Source: Nitrososphaeria archaeon (GTDB lineage Archaea > Thermoproteota > Nitrososphaeria > Nitrososphaerales > JAAOZN01). From it: a DNA stretch of 64,000 nucleotides. The DNA lies in NCBI GenBank assembly GCA_029775855.1, contig JARVJZ010000006.1:96001-160000 (forward strand), read 5' to 3'. This document shows positions 57,578 to 64,000 of this stretch, in pieces (position 1 is the first letter of the stretch; each line of letters opens with the position of its first letter). A program made the translations under genes and the position numbers. The notes under the pieces are model-generated. The model saw nothing but the letters and a program-made list of their open reading frames with translations. It ran no database searches and was not told the DNA's origin.

Positions 57578-58527
57578 TCCCTATGATAGACCCTATCTTA
57601 ACGATGTTCATAACATTCATATTAGCCAGCATGCTTAGAGTAGCAACGCCAATCTTACTTGCAGCTTTAGGCGAATGCTATGTGGAGAATGCTGGGATAC
57701 TTAACCTAGGTATAGAGGGGATAATGCTCTTCTCAGCCTTTACGAGCTTTTTAGGGGCAGTAGCAACCAACTCGAGTCTCATAGGGCTGGGGGTGGGTTT
57801 ATGCACCGGTCTGGTCTTAGCGTTGATCTTAGCGGTTCTCTATGTTACTCTTAAATCAGACCAGATCGTTGTGGGCATAGCCTTCTCTTTATCAGCGATA
57901 GGTTTCACAAGCCTATACTTCAGAATACTCTATGGAACTACACTACCTAGGCTCCCAGTTAAAGAGTGGATTGTGACTGTTCCTCAACTTGCAGATGTAC
58001 CGATTATAGGTAGAGTGTTCTTTAATCAACCATTCATGGTTTATGTGAGCATCGCTTTGGTCCCCATCTTCTACTATATTCTCTACAGAACACGCTTTGG
58101 GCTAAAGGTCAGAACACTTGGTGAAAACCCAGTAGTTGCAGACACAGCAGGGGTCAACGTCTTCCTCTACCGCTACATAGTTATGCTCATAGGCGGAATG
58201 CTCGCTGGCGTAGGTGGGGCATACTTATCGCTCTACCAAGTTTCACTCTTCCAAGACAACATGATCCAAGGCCGAGGATATGTAGCTATAGCGATAGTTA
58301 TGTTCGCCAGATGGAACCCTCTAAAGATCTTAGCTGGAGCGCTGCTCTACGGTGGAGCAGAAGCCTTTGCGGGTGCAATACAAGCACTAGGATACCTACG
58401 CACAATACCTGCAGAAATAGTTCTTATGCTGCCTTATCTAATAACTATTGTTGGGCTTGTTGTGCTTGCTCGGCGTGCACGCTTCCCACCAGCATTTGCA
58501 AGACCATATAGGAGGGAGATGAGATGA
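57574..58527 (+). CDS. ABC transporter permease (nucleoside/CUT2 type)
   Basis: ATPILLAALGE, GILNLGIEG.ML, GENP..AD..G, GRGYVAIA. Confidence 0.92.
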   Translation: MIPMIDPILTMFITFILASMLRVATPILLAALGECYVENAGILNLGIEGIMLFSAFTSFLGAVATNSSLIGLGVGLCTGLVLALILAVLYVTLKSDQIVVGIAFSLSAIGFTSLYFRILYGTTLPRLPVKEWIVTVPQLADVPIIGRVFFNQPFMVYVSIALVPIFYYILYRTRFGLKVRTLGENPVVADTAGVNVFLYRYIVMLIGGMLAGVGGAYLSLYQVSLFQDNMIQGRGYVAIAIVMFARWNPLKILAGALLYGGAEAFAGAIQALGYLRTIPAEIVLMLPYLITIVGLVVLARRARFPPAFARPYRREMR

Positions 58528-60047
58528 GTAAAGAAGACTATGCTGTGCAGATGAGAGGCATAACAAAAACCTTCCCAGGGGTAGTGGCGAACAAAAATGT
58601 TGATTTAGATTTAAGGAAGGGTGAAATACACGGGCTTTTAGGTGAAAACGGTGCAGGCAAAACAACTCTAATGAACATACTATCCGGATTCTACAAACCA
58701 GATGAAGGAGAGATATATGTTGAAGGAAAGCGTGTTAAGATGCATTCACCTAAAGACGCGCTTAAGCTCGGTATAGGCATGGTTTACCAACACTTTACAC
58801 TGGTTCCAGAATTCAAGGTAGTCGAAAACATCATGCTCGGTATGGATGTAGTAGGGAAGAAGCTGAGCCTAAAAGCAACAGCTAACCTAATAGAAGAGCA
58901 GGCTAAACAACTTGGCTTTACAGTAGACCCTTGGAGCAAAGTAGCAGATCTATCCTTAGGCGAGCAGCAGAAAGTAGAGATTCTCAAAGTTCTCCTACGC
59001 GGAGCCAAAGTAATTATATTAGACGAACCGACCTCGGTATTAGCACCGGTAGAAATAGCGGGCTTATTCAACGTGTTAAAGCAGCTCGCATCTCAAGGCA
59101 AATCGATTGTTTTTATCACACATAAGCTTAATGAAGTTATGGAGATCTGCGACAGAATAACCGTGCTCAGAAGTGGAATGAAGATAGGAACGTTAAACAG
59201 AAGTGAAATTGCATCAACATTAGATATCATAAAGATGATGTTTGGCGTAGAGGCTGAACCGGCACTTGCAGCAGAAGTTCCAAAAGAACTAGGTAAAGAA
59301 GTTCTAAAAGTAGAGAATCTCGTTGTTGAAAGTGACAGAGGAATAGACGCCGTCAAAGGAGTCTCATTCACAATAAGGGAAGGGGAGATTTTAGGGCTAG
59401 CAGGTATAGATGGAAATGGTCAAAAAGAACTCGCTGAAGCTCTGTCTAGAATAAGAAGCGTAAAGTCTGGAAAAATATACTTCAAAGGGGAAGACGTCAC
59501 AGCTCTTAGCCCAGCAGATCTTTACTTAAAGGGAGTCACATACATAACCGATGACAGAATAAGTGAGGGGTTAATCCAAGACTTTACTTTAGCCGAGAAC
59601 GTGGTGCTAAAAGACTTTAGAAAAAATGGTGTAAAACGTGGTTTATTTATCGACTGGAAGAAGATCACAGAAAACGGGCGGAAACTCGCCGAAGAATACG
59701 AGTTAGCCGCAGCAAAGCCAAACTCATTAGTCCAAACACTTTCAGGTGGCACACAGCAGAAGCTACTTGTAGCTAGGGAGATAGGCGGCGACGCATCACT
59801 TATAATTGCCAATCAACCAACACACGGAGTTGACGCAAAGACTACAGCATACATTAGAAAGAAGCTGATAGAAAGCGCCGCTAAAGGCGCTGCTGTGCTC
59901 CTAATCTCTAACGATTTAGATGAGATATTCAGCTGCAGCAACACAATAGCGGTAATATACGAAGGCAGGATTCTTGGCATCTTAGATAGACAAAGCGCCA
60001 CAAGAGAAAATGTAGCTTACCTTATGATAGGTGTAAAGAAGGATTAG
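58524..60047 (+). CDS. ABC transporter ATPase, two fused NBDs
   Basis: GENGAGKT, ILDEPT, LSGGTQQK, QPTHGVD. Confidence 0.95.
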   Translation: MSKEDYAVQMRGITKTFPGVVANKNVDLDLRKGEIHGLLGENGAGKTTLMNILSGFYKPDEGEIYVEGKRVKMHSPKDALKLGIGMVYQHFTLVPEFKVVENIMLGMDVVGKKLSLKATANLIEEQAKQLGFTVDPWSKVADLSLGEQQKVEILKVLLRGAKVIILDEPTSVLAPVEIAGLFNVLKQLASQGKSIVFITHKLNEVMEICDRITVLRSGMKIGTLNRSEIASTLDIIKMMFGVEAEPALAAEVPKELGKEVLKVENLVVESDRGIDAVKGVSFTIREGEILGLAGIDGNGQKELAEALSRIRSVKSGKIYFKGEDVTALSPADLYLKGVTYITDDRISEGLIQDFTLAENVVLKDFRKNGVKRGLFIDWKKITENGRKLAEEYELAAAKPNSLVQTLSGGTQQKLLVAREIGGDASLIIANQPTHGVDAKTTAYIRKKLIESAAKGAAVLLISNDLDEIFSCSNTIAVIYEGRILGILDRQSATRENVAYLMIGVKKD

Positions 60048-60088
60048 CAGTTAAATAAGAGGATTAAGCTAAGAGTAAATAGGTTAAA

Positions 60089-61117
60089 TTGGAGAGTATG
60101 AAAGCAGCGGTATTTAGAGGGGTAAACAACCTCTCGGTAGAAGATAGACCTATACCAGAAATCAGAAGCCCTAACGATGTTCTACTTGAAATATACGGCT
60201 GCGGCATCTGCGGCACAGATCCAAAAATAATAGCTGGGGAGCACCCCGTGGTGCCCGGAATAATACTTGGCCATGAATATGCTGGCACGGTTGTAAAAGT
60301 AGGAGAGAAGGTGAAGAACGTTAAACCTGGGGACCGTGTAACCGTTGATGTTGATATTAAATGCGGCGAATGCTACTACTGCAAGACTGGGAGAGAGAAC
60401 CTATGCCAGAACATCAAGACCCTAGGTGAGCATCTTGATGGGGGATATGCAAAATATAATGTTTCACCGGCGCAAACACTTTACAAGATCCCAGATGATA
60501 TGTCATTTGAAGCTGGTATAATGGCTGGACCAATATCTTGCGTGGTTAACGGTGTGAGGAGGGCTCAGATTAAGCCTGGAGACACTGTGGTTATTATTGG
60601 CGCAGGACCTATGGGGCTGCTCTACCTTCAACTGCTTAAAGACAGTGAAGCAAGCAAGGTTATTGTCTGCGAGATTAAAGATAAGCGCATCGAAGATGCG
60701 AAGCGCTTCGGCGCTAAAATAGTAATAGACCCCAAGAAAGAAGAGCCGGCTGAAGTTGTTAAGAGTTTGACTGATGGTAGAGGGGCTGATGTAGTTATAG
60801 AAGCCGCAGGCAACCCAACAGCAACTAGACAAGCGCTCTCTATGGTAGGCAGAGGAGGTAGGATAGTGCTATTCGGCATAAACCCTCAAGGCCAAGAGGT
60901 TCCGATACAACCATTTGACATAACCTTTAGGCAGATAGAGATAGTGGGTAGCTTCATCTCAAACTACACCTTCCACGCAGCGGTGGACCTCTTAAGCGCA
61001 GGTAAATTTGATACACATAATTTCATTACGCACCGAGTCAAAATTACAGATATCCACAGAGGTATGGATCTAATGCGTAGAGGTGAATGCATAAAAGTCA
61101 TGGTGATACCAGAGTAG
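60089..61117 (+). CDS. Zn-dependent medium-chain alcohol dehydrogenase
   Basis: CGICGTD, GHE, CGECYYC..C, GAGPMG. Confidence 0.9.
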   Translation: MESMKAAVFRGVNNLSVEDRPIPEIRSPNDVLLEIYGCGICGTDPKIIAGEHPVVPGIILGHEYAGTVVKVGEKVKNVKPGDRVTVDVDIKCGECYYCKTGRENLCQNIKTLGEHLDGGYAKYNVSPAQTLYKIPDDMSFEAGIMAGPISCVVNGVRRAQIKPGDTVVIIGAGPMGLLYLQLLKDSEASKVIVCEIKDKRIEDAKRFGAKIVIDPKKEEPAEVVKSLTDGRGADVVIEAAGNPTATRQALSMVGRGGRIVLFGINPQGQEVPIQPFDITFRQIEIVGSFISNYTFHAAVDLLSAGKFDTHNFITHRVKITDIHRGMDLMRRGECIKVMVIPE

Positions 61118-61272
61118 TTGCTGGGCTAATATAATAGGTCTTGATCTAGTAAAACCGAAAGAAGTATCATCAACCAATATTACTTAATGGGTTTGGAGTC
61201 TTGGCACTGTATAGCGGTTGATAATGTTAACCTTTGGAGAGAGTGTAGTTAAGTATTCAAAAATTTTGTATT

Positions 61273-61381
61273 TAAGTTTAAACTTATATTTGTTTTAATC
61301 AAAGGTGCAGCAGAGATTAAGATTATGAATATTGGATTGGATAAGAGTCTTATAGATGTTTAACATCTAAAATCTTGATTT
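61273..61381. promoter_or_regulatory. Cluster of perfect palindromes upstream of the fumarase genes
   Basis: TAAGTTTAAACTTA (61273-61286), ATAAGA-G-TCTTAT (61341-61353), TAGATGTT-T-AACATCTA (61353-61369), AAATC-TT-GATTT (61370-61381). Confidence 0.5.
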
Positions 61382-62261
61382 GATAAGCAAACTCGTGGTA
61401 AAGTCGACAGTTAAAGAACTTTTGAGGATAGCTTCTGTGGAGCTGCCCAATGATGTGAAGATGGCTTTAAGAGCTGCTTACGAGCGTGAGGTTGATGCTG
61501 TGCCTAAGATGCAGCTTAAAGCTATACTCGACAACATCGATCTTGCTGAAAAGACGGGTATTCCTATGTGTCAGGATACTGGCATTCATGTGGTGTATGT
61601 TAAGTGGGGTGATGTTGATGTTGAGGATTTGGAGGAAGCAGTAAGGGAGGGGGTTGCGGAGGCTACATCTTCTATACCTCTTCGCCCCAACGCTGTGCAT
61701 CCCCTAACTCGAAAGAACCCTGGCACGAATGTCGGTTTGCATATGCCCTATATACACATCGATAAAACAAAGGAGAAGTTCTTGGAGATCACGGTTATGC
61801 CTAAGGGGTTTGGTGCTGAAAATATGAGTGCTTTAGCGATGCTAACCCCAGCACATGGACTCAAAGGTGTTAAGGAGTTTATTCTGCAGACGGTTGTGAA
61901 GGCTGGCGGCAACCCTTGCCCACCTGGCATACTTGGTATTGGGATTGGTGGGACGGCTGATGTCGCTATGAAGCTCGCTAAGGAGGCTCTGCTTCGTCCA
62001 CTTGGCTCTAGAAATCCTGATCCAGAGGTGGCTAAGTTGGAGGAGGAACTTCTTGAAGCGTTGAACGGCTTAGGCATAGGTCCTATGGGTTTAGGTGGTA
62101 AGACCACTTTGCTTGGTGTTAACATCGAGGTAGCCTACACTCATACGGCTGGGTTGCCTGTTGCTGTGAACTATCAGTGTTGGGCTGCTAGGCGTGCTTC
62201 TGCTAGAATATACCCTGATGGTAGGGTGGAGTATACTTCACATAGGAAGAAGGAGGTGTGA
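61380..62261 (+). CDS. fumA: Class I Fe-S fumarate hydratase/tartrate dehydratase, alpha subunit
   Basis: PMCQDTG, PKG.G.EN, GNPCPP, GIGPMGLGG, CWAARR. Confidence 0.9.
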   Translation: MISKLVVKSTVKELLRIASVELPNDVKMALRAAYEREVDAVPKMQLKAILDNIDLAEKTGIPMCQDTGIHVVYVKWGDVDVEDLEEAVREGVAEATSSIPLRPNAVHPLTRKNPGTNVGLHMPYIHIDKTKEKFLEITVMPKGFGAENMSALAMLTPAHGLKGVKEFILQTVVKAGGNPCPPGILGIGIGGTADVAMKLAKEALLRPLGSRNPDPEVAKLEEELLEALNGLGIGPMGLGGKTTLLGVNIEVAYTHTAGLPVAVNYQCWAARRASARIYPDGRVEYTSHRKKEV

Positions 62262-62268
62262 AGATAGT

Positions 62269-62868
62269 TTGGCTGAGTATAGGCTTACTACTCCGCTTGA
62301 CGATGATGTTGTTAGAAGTCTGAGTATAGGGGATATAGTTTACCTTACAGGCATAATCTACACTGCACGAGACGAAGCGCATATACATATCTTAGAAGAT
62401 TTAAGGCGTGGTCGTGAACTTAAGATATCTTTGAGGGGTGCGGTGATCTACCACTGTGGCCCTATTCTCAAGCGTGTAAATGGGGGGTGGAGGGTGTTAG
62501 CTGCTGGGCCGACGACGAGTTCAAGAATGAATCCGCTTGAACCAGAGTTTATCGAGAAGACCGGCGTGAAAGGTGTGATAGGGAAGGGTGGTATGTCTAA
62601 GCCTGTAGTTGAAGCTTTAGCTAAGCACGGGGCGGTTTACTTATCTTTCACAGGCGGTGCTGCTGTGCTAGCTGCAAACGGGATAAAGGCGGTTAAAGGT
62701 GTTTACTATGAGGAGCTCGGTATGGCTGAAGCTGTTTGGGTGTTTGAAGTTAAAGACTTTGGTCCACTGATAGTTGGGATAGATGCGAAGGGTAACTCAA
62801 TATTTGAGAAGGTGGGCTTGGAGGTTCAGCAGAACATTCAAAGAGTTAGGGAGAAGCTGAGCATCTAG
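62269..62868 (+). CDS. fumB: Class I fumarate hydratase, beta subunit (start TTG 62269)
   Basis: YTARDEAH, YHCGP, AGPTTS.RM, IGKGGM, LGMAEA. Confidence 0.9.
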   Translation: MAEYRLTTPLDDDVVRSLSIGDIVYLTGIIYTARDEAHIHILEDLRRGRELKISLRGAVIYHCGPILKRVNGGWRVLAAGPTTSSRMNPLEPEFIEKTGVKGVIGKGGMSKPVVEALAKHGAVYLSFTGGAAVLAANGIKAVKGVYYEELGMAEAVWVFEVKDFGPLIVGIDAKGNSIFEKVGLEVQQNIQRVREKLSI

Positions 62869-62873
62869 TTGGG

Positions 62874-63872
62874 TTAAGCGATTCTATAGAGCCTATGTCT
62901 AGCGTCTCTTAGATCTTGTGATCTCTTAATAAGACCTTTACTTAGTAGGAGCCTTAGTGCAAGCCTCGTGGTTCTAGGAGGTAATAGTGTCTTCTCTGAG
63001 ATCTCCCTCTGCCCTAATGGACCTTCGTATTCAAGCGTCTTTAAAACCAGCTTGGCGCTTGGAGGCATTTTGAGGAGTTCTTCAGCTAGCTTAACCTTGC
63101 GCTTAATCTTGTTTTGGGTAGCCGATGCGCCTATTAGCCTCACAATTTTGGCTGGCGTTGACGCTTTCTTTGCTTTTACTGTATTCTCAGCCTTAACTCT
63201 TACTATACCATCTAGGACAACTTCGCAGTCATATCTGCTGTTGATTTCGCTGATCTCTATGGTTGAAGAGTCATTTACAACAAGTGGTCTGCGCGTCACA
63301 TCAACCGAGTTCACGGGCACAAGAAGAAAGACAGCGGCTTTTTGATGCACCATAGGCCCTCCTGCTGACATAGCGTAGGCGGTTGAGCCGGTGGGTGTAG
63401 CTAGTATAAGACCATCGCCGTAATCCCTCCAAATGGTTTCACCGTCAACTTTGAGGAGGTATTCTATGAAGGAGGCGCTTCGGGTTGGGAAGATGGCTAC
63501 TTCGTTTAACACTGGAGGCAGGTTTCTGTCATCAACTAGCACTTCAAGTCTGGTCGCTTCTTCTATCTGGTAGTTGGATGACGCTATATCTTGCAGAGAT
63601 TGTTTAAAGTTTGAGATACCTACCTCTGTTAGAAAACTTTCTCCATCAGCTTCGCTTACACCTAGCACAGGTATGCTTTCTGAACCGAGCTTCTGGAACA
63701 CTCTAAGCACATCACCATCTCCGCCTACGACAAGGATCATGTCGTATGCTTTAATGTTCTCAACTGTAGGTGCTTCTGCAACTTGATGTGTGAAGCCTAG
63801 TTTCTGAAGCGTCTCAGAGACCTCTCTTATAACTGGTCCTATTCGCCTCCTAGGTATTACTAGTATCTGCAT
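62874..63872 (-). CDS. nadK: NAD kinase fused to C-terminal winged HTH
   Basis: VGGDG, LNE, GDG.I.ATPTGSTAY.MSAGGP; tail MPPSAKLVLKTLEYEG...RTTRLAL..L...DARHRLY. Confidence 0.88.
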   Translation of the reverse strand: MQILVIPRRRIGPVIREVSETLQKLGFTHQVAEAPTVENIKAYDMILVVGGDGDVLRVFQKLGSESIPVLGVSEADGESFLTEVGISNFKQSLQDIASSNYQIEEATRLEVLVDDRNLPPVLNEVAIFPTRSASFIEYLLKVDGETIWRDYGDGLILATPTGSTAYAMSAGGPMVHQKAAVFLLVPVNSVDVTRRPLVVNDSSTIEISEINSRYDCEVVLDGIVRVKAENTVKAKKASTPAKIVRLIGASATQNKIKRKVKLAEELLKMPPSAKLVLKTLEYEGPLGQREISEKTLLPPRTTRLALRLLLSKGLIKRSQDLRDARHRLYRIA

Positions 63873-64000
63873 GGCTGGCTCCTTTTAGAGTCTAACTGTT
63901 AGGTTCGATTAATGTCTTTTGTGATTTGCTTATTAGCCTTTTGGCTTAATGGAGGTGAGGCTTATTTTCTTCCCGTTAAGCCGATGGATATAACGCCGTA

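Noticed and set aside
61203-61212. GGCACTGT resembling an IS6 end
   Set aside because: No partner inverted repeat or transposase remnant found
63901-64000. 3' end of a gene entering from the right edge
   Set aside because: Too short; two minus-strand frames are equally plausible
1-64000. tRNA, rRNA, CRISPR arrays, inteins in RpoA/RpoB
   Set aside because: None recognised by eye; subunit lengths leave no room for inteins. A covariance-model search was not possible

Overview
Archaeal chromosome segment. An unsplit RpoA (A'+A'' fused), an unsplit RpoB, an NAD kinase-wHTH fusion and a tail-less uL10 point to a Nitrososphaeria/Thaumarchaeota-like lineage, probably a heterotroph (inference). Bases 1-25 kb are mostly housekeeping: partial glycogen synthase, a decayed IS6-like element with intact TIRs and a 9-bp TSD, rpoH-rpoB-rpoA-rpl30e-nusA, secE-spt5-rpl11-rpl1-rpl10, an inverted rpl12, nucS, a RadA paralogue, an EMC6-like membrane protein, an rqcH-CBSx3-Mut7C-AMMECR1-GT run, a degenerate ThiI and AsnRS. 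Bases 25-29 kb hold a thiR-cytX-thiDN thiamine-salvage unit. Bases 29-63 kb are a dense catabolic island, the best candidate for an undescribed system. It encodes homologues of vitamin B6 degradation enzymes (pyridoxamine-pyruvate aminotransferase-like, 4-pyridoxolactonase-like, FHMPC dehydrogenase-like). The O2-dependent flavo-oxidases and ring-cleaving oxygenase of the known bacterial route are absent. In their place are Mo/W enzymes (transhydroxylase-like pair, two XDH-family large subunits, AOR), F420-type LLM enzymes, hydrolases/decarboxylases, a BMP-type ABC importer, class I fumarase, and a two-subunit complex II whose SdhB is fused to a QmoC/NarI-like membrane anchor. All family assignments come from motif recognition by eye; no searches were run.
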